From the NCBI GenBank assembly GCA_036390155.1, contig DASWCJ010000251.1, positions 1 through 58,990 of the forward strand: a stretch of DNA of 58,990 bases, in the 5' to 3' direction. The first letter of the stretch is position 1; each line of letters begins with the position of its first letter. Source of the DNA: Anaeromyxobacter sp. GTDB lineage: Bacteria; Myxococcota; Myxococcia; Myxococcales; Anaeromyxobacteraceae. Shown here one piece after another: positions 29,189 through 43,848 of the stretch. A program made the translations under genes and the position numbers. A model generated the notes under the pieces. The model ran no database searches, was not told the DNA's origin, and saw only the letters and a list, made by a program, of their open reading frames with translations.

Positions 29189-30253
29189 GTGCCAATCCCC
29201 ACCGCGCGCCGCGCCGCGCTGCGCCGGCGGCTCCTCGCCTGGTACGACGCCCACCGGCGCGAGCTGCCCTGGCGCTTCCCGCAGCACGCGGCGGATCCGT
29301 ACCGCGTCTGGCTCGCGGAGGCGCTCCTGCAGCAGACCCGGGTGCAGGCGGCGCTCCCGTACTACCGCAAGCTGGTCGCGCGCTGCCCGACGCTCGCGGC
29401 GCTCGCGGCGGCGCCGGAGGAGGAGGTCCTCGTGCTCTGGAGCGGGCTCGGGTACTACGCGCGCGCGCGGAACCTCCACGCCGCCGCGCGCGAGGCGCTC
29501 CGCCGCCACGGCGGGCTGCCCGCGTCGCTCGACGCGCTCCGGGCGCTGCCGGGGTTCGGCCCGTACACGGCGGGCGCGGTCGCGTCGATCGCGTTCGCGA
29601 TCCCCGCGCCGGCGGTGGACGGGAACGTGGCGCGCGTCCTCTCGCGCCTGTTCCTCGTCGCGGGCGACCCCGCGCACGCGCGCACGCGCGCGCGGCTCTG
29701 GTCGCTCGCGGGGGCGCTCGTCGATCCGGATCGGCCCGGCGACCTCAACCAGGCGATCATGGAGCTCGGCGCGACGATCTGCGGCCGGAGCGCGCCCGCC
29801 TGCGCCCGCTGCCCCGTCGCGCCGCTCTGCGCGGCCCGGGCCGCGGGCCGTGCGCGCGAGCTCCCGAGGCCGCGCCGGCGCCCGGCGCCCCGGCCGCTCG
29901 CGCTCGCGTGCGCGATCGTGCGGCGGCGCGGGGCGCTCCTCGTCGCGCGCCGCCCCGCGCAGGGGCTCTTCGGCGGCCTCTGGTCGCCGCCGCTCGCGGA
30001 GCTCGCGCCGGGGCGCGACGCGGCGCGGACGCTCGAGGCCGCGCTCCTCCGCGACCACGGCCTCGTCGCGCGCGCGCGCGGCGAGCTCGCGACGTGCGAG
30101 CGCACGCTCACGCACCGCGCGCTCACGCTGCGCGCGTTCGCGTGCGAGCTCCGCGCGGTCCCGGCGGGGAAGGGGCTCCGCCTCGCGGGCGAGCGGGAGC
30201 TCGAGGCGCTCGGTCTCCCGGCTGCGGTGCGGGACCTCCTCGCGAGGATCTGA
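29189..30253 (+). CDS. mutY: A/G-specific adenine glycosylase
   Basis: LQQTRV, WSGLGYYARARNLH, HhH LPGFGPYTA, VDGNV, Fe-S cysteines, NUDIX-like C-terminus. Confidence 0.95.
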   Translation: MPIPTARRAALRRRLLAWYDAHRRELPWRFPQHAADPYRVWLAEALLQQTRVQAALPYYRKLVARCPTLAALAAAPEEEVLVLWSGLGYYARARNLHAAAREALRRHGGLPASLDALRALPGFGPYTAGAVASIAFAIPAPAVDGNVARVLSRLFLVAGDPAHARTRARLWSLAGALVDPDRPGDLNQAIMELGATICGRSAPACARCPVAPLCAARAAGRARELPRPRRRPAPRPLALACAIVRRRGALLVARRPAQGLFGGLWSPPLAELAPGRDAARTLEAALLRDHGLVARARGELATCERTLTHRALTLRAFACELRAVPAGKGLRLAGERELEALGLPAAVRDLLARI

Positions 30254-30404
30254 CGCGACCCCGAGGGGGACGAATCCTGGAGCGCGGACGCGCGAGGAAC
30301 TCGGGTTTGTGGTATTCGACCGTCGCCGAACGGGAGTTGAAGAGAGGCTCCCGGGCCGGCGGCCGAAGCCGCCAAGACCTCGGTGCTTAACCTCGCGATT
30401 CGCC

Positions 30405-30432
30405 TTGACAGCTGGGGGCGCGTCCGTATAAT
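30405..30432 (+). promoter_or_regulatory. str operon promoter
   Basis: Consensus hexamers TTGACA and TATAAT with 16 nt spacer. Confidence 0.9.
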
Positions 30433-30509
30433 CCGCCGCCCTTACGACGGTTGTCTCCGCGTTCGCCCCGTCCGCAGTCCCAGGGGCGTTTTTGTTGGGA
30501 AAAGGTTCG

Positions 30510-30881
30510 ATGCCGACGATCAGCCAACTGGTGCGCAGCGGGCGCGAGAAGCTCGCGATCAAGAAGAAGGCGCCTGCGCTCAAGGAGTCGCCGCAGAAGC
30601 GCGGCGTCTGCACGCGCGTGTACACGACCACGCCGAAGAAGCCGAACTCGGCGCTTCGCAAGGTCGCGCGCGTCCGTCTCACCAACGGCTTCGAGGTGAC
30701 GAGCTACATCCCCGGCGTCGGGCACAACCTCCAGGAGCACTCGGTGGTCCTCATCCGCGGCGGACGCGTGAAGGACCTCCCGGGCGTGCGCTACCACATC
30801 GTTCGCGGCACCCTCGACGCAGTCGGCGTCCAGGGGCGCAAGCAGAGCCGCTCGAAGTACGGCGCCAAGCGCCCGAGCTAA
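30510..30881 (+). CDS. rpsL: 30S ribosomal protein S12
   Basis: [26 protein letters not shown]. Confidence 0.99.
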   Translation: MPTISQLVRSGREKLAIKKKAPALKESPQKRGVCTRVYTTTPKKPNSALRKVARVRLTNGFEVTSYIPGVGHNLQEHSVVLIRGGRVKDLPGVRYHIVRGTLDAVGVQGRKQSRSKYGAKRPS

Positions 30882-30893
30882 GGACACCGGAAG

Positions 30894-31364
30894 ATGCCTC
30901 GTCGTCGCGAAGTCGAGAAGCGGAAGATCCTCCCCGATCCCAAGTTCCAGGACCGGGTGGTGGCGAAGTTCGTCAACAACCTGATGCGGAAGGGCAAGAA
31001 GTCCACCGGCGAGCGCATCATCTACGGCGCGTTCGATCAGGTGGAGCAGAAGCTCAAGGACGATCCGCTCAAGATCTTCAAGAAGGCCCTCGACAACGTG
31101 AAGCCGATGGTCGAGGTGAAGAGCCGCCGGGTCGGCGGCGCGACCTACCAGGTCCCGGTCGAGGTCCGACAGGACCGCCGGACCGCGCTCGCGATGCGCT
31201 GGCTCATCGACTACGCGAAGGGTCGCGGCGAGAAGACGATGGTCGAGAAGCTCGCAGGCGAGATCATCGACGCCGCGAACAACCGCGGGAACGCGGTGAA
31301 GAAGCGCGAGGACACGCACAAGATGGCGGAGGCGAACAAGGCCTTCGCGCACTATCGTTGGTAG
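30894..31364 (+). CDS. rpsG: 30S ribosomal protein S7
   Basis: [25 protein letters not shown]. Confidence 0.99.
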   Translation: MPRRREVEKRKILPDPKFQDRVVAKFVNNLMRKGKKSTGERIIYGAFDQVEQKLKDDPLKIFKKALDNVKPMVEVKSRRVGGATYQVPVEVRQDRRTALAMRWLIDYAKGRGEKTMVEKLAGEIIDAANNRGNAVKKREDTHKMAEANKAFAHYRW

Positions 31365-31462
31365 TGGCGATGCGGGCCCCCCACTTGCGGGCCCTCGGGA
31401 GGATCGAGTAGAGAGCGGGGGCCGGTTCAGCCGGCCCGGGGCAGAGCAGGAAGGCCCGAAGA

Positions 31463-31473
31463 GCTCTTTGACA
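31463..31473 (+). promoter_or_regulatory. boxA-like sequence
   Basis: GCTCTTTGACA versus boxA consensus GCTCTTTAACA, inside the 190-nt rpsG-fusA spacer. Confidence 0.4.
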
Positions 31474-31554
31474 GCTCGGTCGTAAGTAAGGTGGCGCCGC
31501 GAGATGCGGCCCGGACTCGCGCACGCACGAAGAGAGAGACGGAACGAGAAAAAG

Positions 31555-33648
<2,094 letters not shown>

Positions 33649-33680
33649 CGACCACGAGCAAGAGCGAAGGGAGATCGACC

Positions 33681-34871
<1,191 letters not shown>

Positions 34872-34964
34872 GTCATACCTCCGGCGAACGGCGGGGCCCC
34901 TCCTCGCGGACGAGGGCGGGGTGGGGCACCGCGCAGCGCCGAGTGACGAATAGAAAGCTTCTCA

Positions 34965-35270
<306 letters not shown>

Positions 35271-35281
35271 CCGAGGCGACC

Positions 35282-35902
35282 ATGGCCAAGTTCGACGTCT
35301 ACGATCTCGAGAAGAAGAAGGTGGGCGAGCTGGAGCTCGCCGACGCCGTCTTCGCCGGCGAGGTGAACGAGCACCTCTTCTACGAGGTGGTGAAGGCGAA
35401 GCTCGCCTCCGACCGCTCCGGCACCCACGCGGTGAAGAACCGCTCCCTCGTCTCCGGTGGCGGCAAGAAGCCGTGGAAGCAGAAGCACACCGGCCGTGCG
35501 CGCCAGGGCTCGACCCGGGCGTCGCAGTGGGTCGGCGGCGGCAAGGCGATGGGGCCGAAGCCCCGCGACTACTCCTACGACGTGCCGAAGAAGGTCCGGA
35601 AGGCCGCGCTCCGCGCTGCGCTGTCGCAGCGTGCCCGCGACCAGAAGATCGTCATCGTCCAGGAGTGGAAGCCGGGCGCGCCGAAGACCGGCGCGGCCGC
35701 GAAGGTGCTCGCCAAGCTCGGCGCGAGGAAGGCGCTCGTCGTCGACGCGGCGGCGAACCGGGCCCTCGCGAAGAGCGTCCGCAACCTCGACGGCTCCGAC
35801 TTCCTGCCGGTCGAGGGGCTCAACGTCTACGACATCCTCAGGCACGACGCCCTCGTCCTGACTGCCGAGACCGCGAAGCACCTGGAGGCCACCCTGTCAT
35901 GA
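35282..35902 (+). CDS. rplD: 50S ribosomal protein L4
   Basis: [29 protein letters not shown]. Confidence 0.98.
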   Translation: MAKFDVYDLEKKKVGELELADAVFAGEVNEHLFYEVVKAKLASDRSGTHAVKNRSLVSGGGKKPWKQKHTGRARQGSTRASQWVGGGKAMGPKPRDYSYDVPKKVRKAALRAALSQRARDQKIVIVQEWKPGAPKTGAAAKVLAKLGARKALVVDAAANRALAKSVRNLDGSDFLPVEGLNVYDILRHDALVLTAETAKHLEATLS

Positions 35903-36195
35903 CGACGCTCCTCATCCAGGACGTGGTGAAGCGCCCGCTCATCACCGAGAAGAACGAGCGCGCGCGGGAGCTCGCGCGGCACTTCGCATTCGAGGTCCAC
36001 CGCGACGCCACCAAGATCCAGGTGAAGCAGGCGGTGGAGAAGCTCTTCAACGTCCACGTCCTCGCGGTCCGCACCGCGATCGCGCGGGGCAAGAACAAGC
36101 GCGTCGGCCGCAGCGTCGGCCAGCGCCCGAACTGGAAGAAGGCCTTCGTGACCTTGAAGGAGGGCGAGACGATCGCCCTCTTCGAGGGGACGTAA
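35899..36195 (+). CDS. rplW: 50S ribosomal protein L23
   Basis: [28 protein letters not shown]. Confidence 0.97.
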   Translation: MTTLLIQDVVKRPLITEKNERARELARHFAFEVHRDATKIQVKQAVEKLFNVHVLAVRTAIARGKNKRVGRSVGQRPNWKKAFVTLKEGETIALFEGT

Positions 36196-36210
36196 GGGAC
36201 GGGAGGAACC

Positions 36211-37059
36211 ATGGCCCTCAAGGAATACAGGCCCACAAGCCCCGCCCGCCGTCACATGACGGTGTCGGACTTCGCCGACGTCACCAAGACGAAGCCCGAG
36301 AAGAGCCTGACCCGGACGGTGAAGAGGTCCGGCGGCCGCAACAACCACGGGCACATCACCACCCGGCACATCGGCGGCGGCCACAAGCGCCGGTACCGGA
36401 TCATCGACTGGCGGCGCGACAAGGACGGGGTCCCGGCGAAGGTCGCGGGGATCGAGTACGACCCGAACCGCACCGCCCGGATCGCGCTCCTCCACTACGC
36501 CGACGGCGAGAAGCGGTACATCCTCGCGCCGGTCGGGGTGGCGGTGGGCGACACGCTCGTCTCCGGCGAGACGGTCGACATCCGGCCCGGCAACGCACTG
36601 CCGATCCGGTCGATCCCGCAGGGCACGATCATCCACAACGTCGAGGCGCAGCCGGGCTCCGGCGGCAAGATGATCCGCTCGGCGGGCTCCTTCGGCCAGC
36701 TCATGGCGAAGGAGGGTGGCTACGCCCAGATCCGCATGCCGTCCGGCGAGGTCCGCCAGGTCCTCGAGGACTGCAAGGCCACGGTCGGCCAGCTCTCGAA
36801 CGTCGAGAGCTCGTCCATCCGCGCGGGCAAGGCCGGCAAGAGCCGGTGGCGCGGCATCCGCCCCACCGTCCGCGGTCTCGCCATGAACCCCGTCGACCAC
36901 CCGCATGGCGGCGGCGAGGGCAAGTCCGGGCAGGGCAACCCGCACCCGGTGAGCCCGTGGGGTCAGAAGACGAAGGGCCTCAAGACCCGCAACAACCGCC
37001 GCACGGACAAGTTCATCGTCTCGCGGCGCAAGCCCGGCGTGCGCAATACCCCGCACTAG
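36211..37059 (+). CDS. rplB: 50S ribosomal protein L2
   Basis: [26 protein letters not shown]. Confidence 0.99.
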   Translation: MALKEYRPTSPARRHMTVSDFADVTKTKPEKSLTRTVKRSGGRNNHGHITTRHIGGGHKRRYRIIDWRRDKDGVPAKVAGIEYDPNRTARIALLHYADGEKRYILAPVGVAVGDTLVSGETVDIRPGNALPIRSIPQGTIIHNVEAQPGSGGKMIRSAGSFGQLMAKEGGYAQIRMPSGEVRQVLEDCKATVGQLSNVESSSIRAGKAGKSRWRGIRPTVRGLAMNPVDHPHGGGEGKSGQGNPHPVSPWGQKTKGLKTRNNRRTDKFIVSRRKPGVRNTPH

Positions 37060-37077
37060 CGTCGGAGAGAGCGACCC

Positions 37078-37380
37078 ATGGCGCGTTCGATCAAGAAGGG
37101 CCCGTTCGCGGACAAGCACCTCACCAAGAAGGTGGAGGACGCGAACAAGGGCAACAAGAAGTCGGTCATCAAGACCTGGTCGCGGCGGAGCACGATCCTC
37201 CCGGACTTCGTCGGCCACACGTTCGCGGTGCACAACGGCCGGAAGTTCGTGCCGGTGTTCGTGACCGAGAACATGGTCGGCCACAAGCTCGGCGAGTTCG
37301 CCCCGACGCGGACCTTCCACGGCCACTCGGCCGAGAAGAAGGTCGCGACCTCGTCGGCGCCGGCGCCGGCGAAGAGGTAG
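37078..37380 (+). CDS. rpsS: 30S ribosomal protein S19
   Basis: [26 protein letters not shown]. Confidence 0.99.
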   Translation: MARSIKKGPFADKHLTKKVEDANKGNKKSVIKTWSRRSTILPDFVGHTFAVHNGRKFVPVFVTENMVGHKLGEFAPTRTFHGHSAEKKVATSSAPAPAKR

Positions 37381-37390
37381 CGAGGAAACC

Positions 37391-37852
37391 ATGGCGGACA
37401 AGAAGAAGACCACCACCGAGAAGAGCGCGGCGCCAAAGGCCGAGGCCCAGGCTCCCGGGGCCGAGGCGAAGGCTCCCGCGCGCAAGGCGAAGGCCGCCCG
37501 CAAGGCGAAGCCGGTCGCCGGGCCGCACGCCACCCTGCACTACCTCCGCATCGCGCCGCGCAAGGTGCGGCTCGTGGCGGACCACGTGCGCGGGCAGAAG
37601 GTCGGCGACGCGCTCGCGCTGCTCAAGTTCACACCCCAGGCGGCGGCCGCGCCGCTCGCCAAGCTCCTCCGCTCCGCAGTCGCGAACGCGGAGCAGAAGG
37701 GCGGCCACGTCGACGTCGACGCGCTGTTCGTCAAGACGCTGATGGTGGACCAGGGGCCGAAGATGCGCCGCTTCATGCCGCGCGCGATGGGTCGCGCGTA
37801 CCGCGTCGAGAAGAAGACGAGCCACGTCTACGTGGAGCTCGGGGTCGCCTAG
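37391..37852 (+). CDS. rplV: 50S ribosomal protein L22 with N-terminal Lys/Ala extension
   Basis: RIAPRKVRLV, PRAMGRA, KTSH. Confidence 0.97.
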   Translation: MADKKKTTTEKSAAPKAEAQAPGAEAKAPARKAKAARKAKPVAGPHATLHYLRIAPRKVRLVADHVRGQKVGDALALLKFTPQAAAAPLAKLLRSAVANAEQKGGHVDVDALFVKTLMVDQGPKMRRFMPRAMGRAYRVEKKTSHVYVELGVA

Positions 37853-37885
37853 GGCACCCGGACCGAAAGGAAAGAGGAAAACCGC

Positions 37886-38560
37886 ATGGGACAGAAAGTC
37901 CATCCGATCGGGTTCCGGCTCGGGGTCATCCGCTCCTGGGACTCGAAGTGGTACGAAGAGCGCAACTACGCGAAGTGGCTGCACGAGGACATCAAGCTCC
38001 GCGAGTTCGTGAAGGCGAAGCTCGGCCAGGCCGGCATCTCCCGCATCGAGATCGAGCGGGCGGCCAGCAAGGTCAAGATCAACGTCCATACCGCGCGCCC
38101 CGGGATCGTCATCGGCAAGCGCGGCGCGGGGATCGAGACGATCAAGAAGGACCTCCAGGCCCTCACCGCGAACGAGGTCTTCCTGAACGTCGTCGAGGTC
38201 CGCAAGGCCGAGATCGACGCCCAGCTCGTCGCCGAGAACATCACGACCCAGCTCGAGCGCCGCATCGCGTTCCGGCGGGCGATGAAGAAGGCGGTGCAGA
38301 CCGCGCAGAAGTTCGGCGCGAAGGGCATCCGCGTCGCCTGCTCCGGCCGCCTCGGCGGCGCCGAGATGGCCCGGTACGAGTGGTACCGCGAGGGCCGCGT
38401 CCCGCTTCACACGCTCCGCGCGGACATCGACTACGGGTTCGCCGAGGCGAAGACGACCTACGGCAAGATCGGCTGCAAGGTCTGGATCATGCGCGGCGAG
38501 GTGCTGCCGCAGTCGGCCGGCGTCCGCGCGCCGCGGACCGCGACCGGCCCCCGGTCGTAG
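37886..38560 (+). CDS. rpsC: 30S ribosomal protein S3
   Basis: [26 protein letters not shown]. Confidence 0.99.
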   Translation: MGQKVHPIGFRLGVIRSWDSKWYEERNYAKWLHEDIKLREFVKAKLGQAGISRIEIERAASKVKINVHTARPGIVIGKRGAGIETIKKDLQALTANEVFLNVVEVRKAEIDAQLVAENITTQLERRIAFRRAMKKAVQTAQKFGAKGIRVACSGRLGGAEMARYEWYREGRVPLHTLRADIDYGFAEAKTTYGKIGCKVWIMRGEVLPQSAGVRAPRTATGPRS

Positions 38561-38587
38561 CCCGGCCCAAAGAACGAGGAGAGGCAC

Positions 38588-39004
38588 ATGCTGCAGCCGG
38601 CTCGAACGAAGTACCGAAAGATGATGAAGGGTCGGATGCGCGGGAAGGCGTACCGCGGCTCCGATCTCAACCAGGGCGAGTACGGGCTCCAGGCGACCGA
38701 GTGCGGGTGGCTCACCGCGCGTCAGATCGAGGCCGCCCGCGTCGCGATCACGCGGTACGTGAAGCGCGGCGGGAAGCTCTGGATCCGGGTGTTCCCGGAC
38801 AAGCCCATCACGAAGAAGCCCGCCGAAACCCGCATGGGCACCGGCAAGGGCAACGTCGAGTACTACGTCGCGGTGGTGAAGCCGGGGCGGGTTCTCTACG
38901 AGCTCGCCGGCGTGGACGACGAGTCCGCGAAGAAGGCGTTCCACCTCGCGGCCCACAAGCTGCCCGTCTCCACGAAGCTCGTGAAGCGCGGCGCGACCCT
39001 GTAG
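38588..39004 (+). CDS. rplP: 50S ribosomal protein L16
   Basis: [15 protein letters not shown]. Confidence 0.99.
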   Translation: MLQPARTKYRKMMKGRMRGKAYRGSDLNQGEYGLQATECGWLTARQIEAARVAITRYVKRGGKLWIRVFPDKPITKKPAETRMGTGKGNVEYYVAVVKPGRVLYELAGVDDESAKKAFHLAAHKLPVSTKLVKRGATL

Positions 39005-39015
39005 GAGGACGAGCG

Positions 39016-39243
39016 ATGGCGACCGTGAAGGAGCTGCGAGAGCTCGACCCGAAGGAGCTGCGCACGCGCGCGGCGGAGCTGGAACAGACGGTCTTCGAGC
39101 TGCGCAACAAGCACTCGACCGGCGTGCTCGATTCGACGGCGGACCTCCCGAAGACGAAGCGCGAGATCGCGCGGATCCTGACCGTGGCGCGAGAGAAGGA
39201 GCTCGCCGCGGCCTCGACCCCCCACCTCGAGGCGAAGGAGTAG
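39016..39243 (+). CDS. rpmC: 50S ribosomal protein L29
   Basis: [19 protein letters not shown]; between rplP and rpsQ. Confidence 0.95.
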   Translation: MATVKELRELDPKELRTRAAELEQTVFELRNKHSTGVLDSTADLPKTKREIARILTVAREKELAAASTPHLEAKE

Positions 39244-39247
39244 CGAC

Positions 39248-39508
39248 ATGGAGCGCGGCAACCGCAAGTCTCGCGTGGGCGTGGTGGTCTCGAACAAGAT
39301 GACCAAGACGGTGGTCGTCCGGGTCGAGCGCCGCGTCGCCGACCGGCAGTACGGGAAGATCGTGACCAAGGCCGAGAAGTACAAGGCCCACGACGAGAAC
39401 CAGGAGTGCAAGATCGGCGACCGGGTCCGGATGGTCGAGACGCGCCCGGTGTCCAAGGACAAGCGCTGGCGCGTCGCCGAGATCCTCGAGAAGGCGGCGG
39501 AGGCCTAG
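39248..39508 (+). CDS. rpsQ: 30S ribosomal protein S17
   Basis: [26 protein letters not shown]. Confidence 0.98.
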   Translation: MERGNRKSRVGVVVSNKMTKTVVVRVERRVADRQYGKIVTKAEKYKAHDENQECKIGDRVRMVETRPVSKDKRWRVAEILEKAAEA

Positions 39509-39510
39509 CC

Positions 39511-39879
39511 ATGATCCAGATGCAGACGAACCTGGACGTCGCCGACAACAGCGGCGCGAAGCGGGTCCAGTGCATCAAGGTGCTCGGCGGGTCCCGCCGG
39601 CGCTACGCGTCGATCGGTGACGTGATCGTGGTCTCCGTGAAGGAGGCGATCCCGCAGGCCAAGGTGAAGAAGGGCGAGGTCGCCCGGGCGGTGATCGTCC
39701 GTACGAGCCGCGAGGTGAAGCGGCCGGACGGGAGCTACATCCGCTTCGACGGGAACTCGGCCGTCCTCATCAACAAGGACAACGAGCCCATCGGCACCCG
39801 CATCTTCGGGCCGGTCGCTCGCGAGCTCCGCGCCCGCAAGTTCATGAAGATCATCAGCCTCGCTCCGGAGGTCCTCTAG
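39511..39879 (+). CDS. rplN: 50S ribosomal protein L14
   Basis: [22 protein letters not shown]. Confidence 0.99.
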   Translation: MIQMQTNLDVADNSGAKRVQCIKVLGGSRRRYASIGDVIVVSVKEAIPQAKVKKGEVARAVIVRTSREVKRPDGSYIRFDGNSAVLINKDNEPIGTRIFGPVARELRARKFMKIISLAPEVL

Positions 39880-39881
39880 TC

Positions 39882-40199
39882 ATGCCGCGCATCCGCAAGG
39901 GCGACACCGTCCAGGTCATCACCGGCAAGGAGAAGGGCAAGACCGGCAAGGTGCTCGAGATCCTCGAGAAGAAGGGCCGGGTCCGCGTCGAGAAGCTCAT
40001 GACGGTGAAGCGCCACGTCAAGAAGGGCCGCAGCCAGGCCAATCCGGACGGCGGCATCGTCGAGATGTCGGGCACGATCGCGATCTCGAACCTCATGGTG
40101 GTGGGCCAGGACGGAGCGCCCGCCCGCCGCGAGGCGATCGGTCGCGAGCTCGGCGCCAAGGAGAAGGCCCGCCTCGAGAAGCGCAAGGCGGCGAAGTAG
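39882..40199 (+). CDS. rplX: 50S ribosomal protein L24
   Basis: KOW motif [19 protein letters not shown]; divergent C-terminus. Confidence 0.95.
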   Translation: MPRIRKGDTVQVITGKEKGKTGKVLEILEKKGRVRVEKLMTVKRHVKKGRSQANPDGGIVEMSGTIAISNLMVVGQDGAPARREAIGRELGAKEKARLEKRKAAK

Positions 40200-40256
40200 C
40201 GAAACCCACGCATCGTCCGGCAGGAGCTGGCGCCGGACGAAGGCAAGGAGAAGACG

Positions 40257-40907
40257 ATGGCGCAGGACGAGAAGAAGCCCGAAAAGAAGAAGAAGGACGG
40301 CGGCGCCCCCGAGGCGGCCACGGAGAAGCCGAAGGCCAAGGAGGCCGCTCCGGCCGTGCCCGCGGTGCCCGCCCGCCTCAAGATCCGGTACGAGAAGGAG
40401 CTCCGCGTGGAGCTCATGAAGGCGCTCGGGTTCGCGAACCCGATGCAGGCTCCCAAGCTCGACAAGATCGTCGTGAACATGGGGCTCGGCGAGGCCATCA
40501 ACAACGGCAAGATCATCGACGCCTCGGTCGAGCAGCTCGGTTCCATCACGGGCCAGAAGCCGGTCGTGACGAAGTCGCGGAAGTCGATCGCGAACTTCAA
40601 GCTCCGGCAGGGGCAGTCCATCGGCGCGATGGTCACGCTTCGGGGCGAACGGATGTACGAGTTCTTCGACCGGCTCGTCTCCGTCGCGCTCCCGCGCGTC
40701 CGCGACTTCAAGGGCGTGTCGCCCAAGGCGTTCGACGGGAAGGGCAACTACACGCTCGGCGTGCGCGAGCAGATCATCTTCCCGGAGATCAACTACGACA
40801 GGGTCGAGAAGATCAAAGGGCTCAACATCACGGTGGTGACCACCGCCCGGAACGACGAGGAAGGCCGAGCGCTCCTCCGCCACCTCGGCATGCCGTTCCG
40901 CCAGTAA
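40257..40907 (+). CDS. rplE: 50S ribosomal protein L5 with N-terminal extension
   Basis: [29 protein letters not shown]. Confidence 0.98.
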   Translation: MAQDEKKPEKKKKDGGAPEAATEKPKAKEAAPAVPAVPARLKIRYEKELRVELMKALGFANPMQAPKLDKIVVNMGLGEAINNGKIIDASVEQLGSITGQKPVVTKSRKSIANFKLRQGQSIGAMVTLRGERMYEFFDRLVSVALPRVRDFKGVSPKAFDGKGNYTLGVREQIIFPEINYDRVEKIKGLNITVVTTARNDEEGRALLRHLGMPFRQ

Positions 40908-40920
40908 CGAGGAGAGGACG

Positions 40921-41106
40921 ATGGCGAAGCTTTCCAAGATGGCGCAGGCCAAGCGCAAACTGAAGTTCCCGGTCCGCCAGTACAACCGATGCCCGCTGTG
41001 CGGCCGCCCGCGCGCGTTCCTTCGCAAGTTCCAGATGTGCCGACTCTGCTTCCGCAAGCGCGCGCTGCAGGGCGAGATCGTCGGCGTCATCAAGTCGAGC
41101 TGGTAG
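40921..41106 (+). CDS. rpsN: 30S ribosomal protein S14 type Z (Zn-binding)
   Basis: 61 aa, [15 protein letters not shown]. Confidence 0.97.
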   Translation: MAKLSKMAQAKRKLKFPVRQYNRCPLCGRPRAFLRKFQMCRLCFRKRALQGEIVGVIKSSW

Positions 41107-41116
41107 GAGAGATTCC

Positions 41117-41509
41117 ATGACCGATCCCATCGGCGACATGCTGACGCGCATCCGGAACGCGTCCTCGGCCCGGCACGAGAAGTGCCTCGTCCCGAAGTCG
41201 CGCCTCAAGATCCGGATCGCCGAGGTCCTCAAGGAGGAGGGCTTCATCAAGGACTTCGTCCTCCATCAGGACGGCGTCCAGGGCGCGATCACGATCCTCC
41301 TCAAGTACAGCGGCGACCGCGAGCCCGCGATCGGCGACATCAAGCGCGTCTCGAAGCCCGGGCTGCGCCGGTACGTCCCGAACGACTCGATCCCGCGGGT
41401 GCTGAACGGAATGGGCATCGCCATCATCTCGACGTCGAAGGGCGTCCTGGTGGATCGCGAGGCCCGCAAGCAGAAGGTCGGCGGCGAGCTGATCTGCACG
41501 GTCTGGTAG
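41117..41509 (+). CDS. rpsH: 30S ribosomal protein S8
   Basis: [25 protein letters not shown]. Confidence 0.99.
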   Translation: MTDPIGDMLTRIRNASSARHEKCLVPKSRLKIRIAEVLKEEGFIKDFVLHQDGVQGAITILLKYSGDREPAIGDIKRVSKPGLRRYVPNDSIPRVLNGMGIAIISTSKGVLVDREARKQKVGGELICTVW

Positions 41510-41519
41510 GAGCCTCCCC

Positions 41520-42062
41520 ATGTCTCGAGTCGGTAGAATGCCCGTCAAGATCCCGGAGAAGGTGAAGGTCTCCGTCGACGGCCACCTCGTGAAGGTCGAG
41601 GGGCCGAAGGGCAAGATGTCCTTCCCGTTCAATCCCCAGGTCTCGGTGGTCGTCGAGAAGGGCGAGGTCCGCGTCGCGCGGCCCGACGAGTCCCGGCTCT
41701 CGAAGGGCCTGCACGGCCTGACGCGCACGCTCGTGAAGAACGCGGTCGACGGTGTCGTGAAGGGCTACGACCGCGGCCTCGAGATCAACGGCGTCGGCTT
41801 CAAGGCCGAGGTGAAGGGCAAGGACATCCACTTCACGCTCGGCTTCTCGCACCCGGTCGTCTTCAAGCTCCCCGAGGGCATCACCGCCGAGGTGGACGCG
41901 AAGCAGACGAAGCTCACGGTGAAGGGCGTCGACAAGCACCTCCTCGGCCTCACCGCCGCGAAGATCCGCGCGCTCCGTCCGCCCGAGCCCTACAAGGGCA
42001 AGGGGATCAAGTACGCGGAGGAGATCATCCGTCGCAAGGAGGGCAAGACCGGCGCCGCGTAG
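41520..42062 (+). CDS. rplF: 50S ribosomal protein L6
   Basis: MSRVGRMPV, LGFSHP, RPPEPYKGKGI. Confidence 0.99.
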   Translation: MSRVGRMPVKIPEKVKVSVDGHLVKVEGPKGKMSFPFNPQVSVVVEKGEVRVARPDESRLSKGLHGLTRTLVKNAVDGVVKGYDRGLEINGVGFKAEVKGKDIHFTLGFSHPVVFKLPEGITAEVDAKQTKLTVKGVDKHLLGLTAAKIRALRPPEPYKGKGIKYAEEIIRRKEGKTGAA

Positions 42063-42122
42063 CGGCCCGGAGACGCCCGCTCATGCGGCGGCTGAACGGC
42101 CGCCGCCGCAAGGAGGAACACC

Positions 42123-42482
42123 ATGGCGAAGCACACGACCCCGCGCGAGAAGCGCAAGGCCCGCATCCGCAGGAAGCTCTCCGGCACCAACGAGCGCCCG
42201 CGGCTCACGGTCTACAAGAGCCTCAAGCACATGTACGCCCAGCTCGTGGACGACACGACGGGCAAGACCCTCGTGTCGGTCGGCACGACCTCGAAGGCGC
42301 TCAAGGGCGACCTCGCCGAGGACGACAAGACGGCCGCCGCGAAGAAGGTCGGCGTCGCGCTCGCGAAGGCCGCGATCGCGAAGGGCATCGAGGCGGTCGT
42401 GTTCGACCGCAACGGCTTCGATTACCACGGCCGCGTCCAGGCGGTCGCCGCCGCGGCGCGCGAGGCCGGGCTCAAGTTCTAG
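42123..42482 (+). CDS. rplR: 50S ribosomal protein L18
   Basis: [28 protein letters not shown]. Confidence 0.98.
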   Translation: MAKHTTPREKRKARIRRKLSGTNERPRLTVYKSLKHMYAQLVDDTTGKTLVSVGTTSKALKGDLAEDDKTAAAKKVGVALAKAAIAKGIEAVVFDRNGFDYHGRVQAVAAAAREAGLKF

Positions 42483-42491
42483 GAGAGACGA

Positions 42492-43004
42492 ATGGCCACT
42501 CCCATCAACGCGAACGACCTCGATCTGAACGACAAGGTCGTCCACATCAACCGCGTCGCCAAGGTCGTGAAGGGCGGCCGCCGGTTCAGCTTCTCGGCCC
42601 TCGTCGTGGTCGGCGACGGCGCCGGCCACGTCGGCGTCGGCCTCGGGAAGGCCAACGAGGTCCCCGAGGCGATCCGCAAGGGCGGCGACCAGGCGAAGAA
42701 GGCGCTCTTCCGGGTCCCGCTCGTCGGGACGACCATCCCGCACGAGGTGCTCGGGCACTTCGGCTCGGGCCGGGTGCTCCTGAAGCCGGCCGGAGAGGGC
42801 ACCGGCGTCATCGCGGGCGGCGCGGTCCGCGCGGTCCTCGAGGCCGCGGGCGTCCGCAATGTGCTCACGAAGTGCCAGGGCTCGCGCAACCCGCACAACG
42901 TGCTCAAGGCCACCGTCGCCGGGCTCAAGCGGCTCCGCTCCGTCGAGGACGCGGCGCGGCTGCGCGGCAAGCAGGTGGCCGACATCACCGACTCGGGCGC
43001 GTAG
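42492..43004 (+). CDS. rpsE: 30S ribosomal protein S5
   Basis: [23 protein letters not shown]. Confidence 0.99.
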   Translation: MATPINANDLDLNDKVVHINRVAKVVKGGRRFSFSALVVVGDGAGHVGVGLGKANEVPEAIRKGGDQAKKALFRVPLVGTTIPHEVLGHFGSGRVLLKPAGEGTGVIAGGAVRAVLEAAGVRNVLTKCQGSRNPHNVLKATVAGLKRLRSVEDAARLRGKQVADITDSGA

Positions 43005-43015
43005 GAGAGAACGAG

Positions 43016-43246
43016 ATGGCTGCCATCGAAGTGAAGCTCGTCAAGGGGCTCTCCCGCTGCCCGGCGAAACACCGGGTCATCGTCGCGGGCCTCGGCCTCA
43101 AGAAGCGCGACTCCACGAAGATCCTCCCCGACACCCCCCAGACGCTTGGGATGATCGGGAAGGTTTCGTACCTCATCGAGTGGAAGCGGGTGGACGCTCC
43201 CCCGCCCGTCGGCCGCAAGGCTCGCAAGGCCAAGGCCAAGGCCTGA
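43016..43246 (+). CDS. rpmD: 50S ribosomal protein L30 with basic C-terminal tail
   Basis: IEVKLVKG..GLGLKK..GMIGKVSYLI; between rpsE and rplO. Confidence 0.92.
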   Translation: MAAIEVKLVKGLSRCPAKHRVIVAGLGLKKRDSTKILPDTPQTLGMIGKVSYLIEWKRVDAPPPVGRKARKAKAKA

Positions 43247-43307
43247 GCCCCCGTCAGCCGGGCGTCGCGTGAGATCCGCGCAGCCCGGTGGTAAAAGGAG
43301 ACCTTTC

Positions 43308-43802
43308 ATGTCGCTTTCGAACCTCAGGGCGCCCAAGGGCGCGAACCGCCGGAAGACCCGCGTCGGCCGGGGCCAGGCCTCCGGCCTCGGCAAGACCGCG
43401 GGCCGCGGCGGCAAGGGCCAGAAGGCCCGCTCCGGAAACAAGCACTTCGAGGGCTTCGAGGGCGGCCAGATGCCGCTCCAGCGTCGCCTTCCGAAGTTCG
43501 GGTTCAACAACATCCACCGCCGCGAGCTCGAGGAGGTGCAGGTCGCCGATCTCGAGGGGCTCTCGGGGGTCGTCGACCCGGCCGCCCTCAAGGCGGCGGG
43601 GCTCGTGAACGGCAACCAGGACGGCATCGTCATCCTCGGGAACGCGGAGCTCAAGGGCGCGGTCTCGGTGAAGGTCCACCGGGTCACGGCCGGCGCTCGC
43701 GCCGCGATCGAGAAGGCCGGGGGCAAGGTGGAGCTCATCCCGCCGCCGGCCACGATGCACGAGAAGGCGAAGGCCGCGAAGCGCGCGGCCGCGGCGAAGT
43801 AG
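43308..43802 (+). CDS. rplO: 50S ribosomal protein L15
   Basis: [34 protein letters not shown]. Confidence 0.98.
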   Translation: MSLSNLRAPKGANRRKTRVGRGQASGLGKTAGRGGKGQKARSGNKHFEGFEGGQMPLQRRLPKFGFNNIHRRELEEVQVADLEGLSGVVDPAALKAAGLVNGNQDGIVILGNAELKGAVSVKVHRVTAGARAAIEKAGGKVELIPPPATMHEKAKAAKRAAAAK

Positions 43803-43848
43803 CGGGCGAGCGGCCCGCCCGCCGGGGCGCGGCCGGAAAGGGCGAGCG

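Noticed and set aside
30510..30881. Streptomycin-resistance allele of rpsL
   Set aside because: PKKPNS and RVKDLPG motifs are wild type.
31468..31492. Internal sigma70 promoter for fusA (TTGACA...TAAGGT)
   Set aside because: The spacer would be only 13 nt; treated as boxA-like instead, though a promoter is not excluded.
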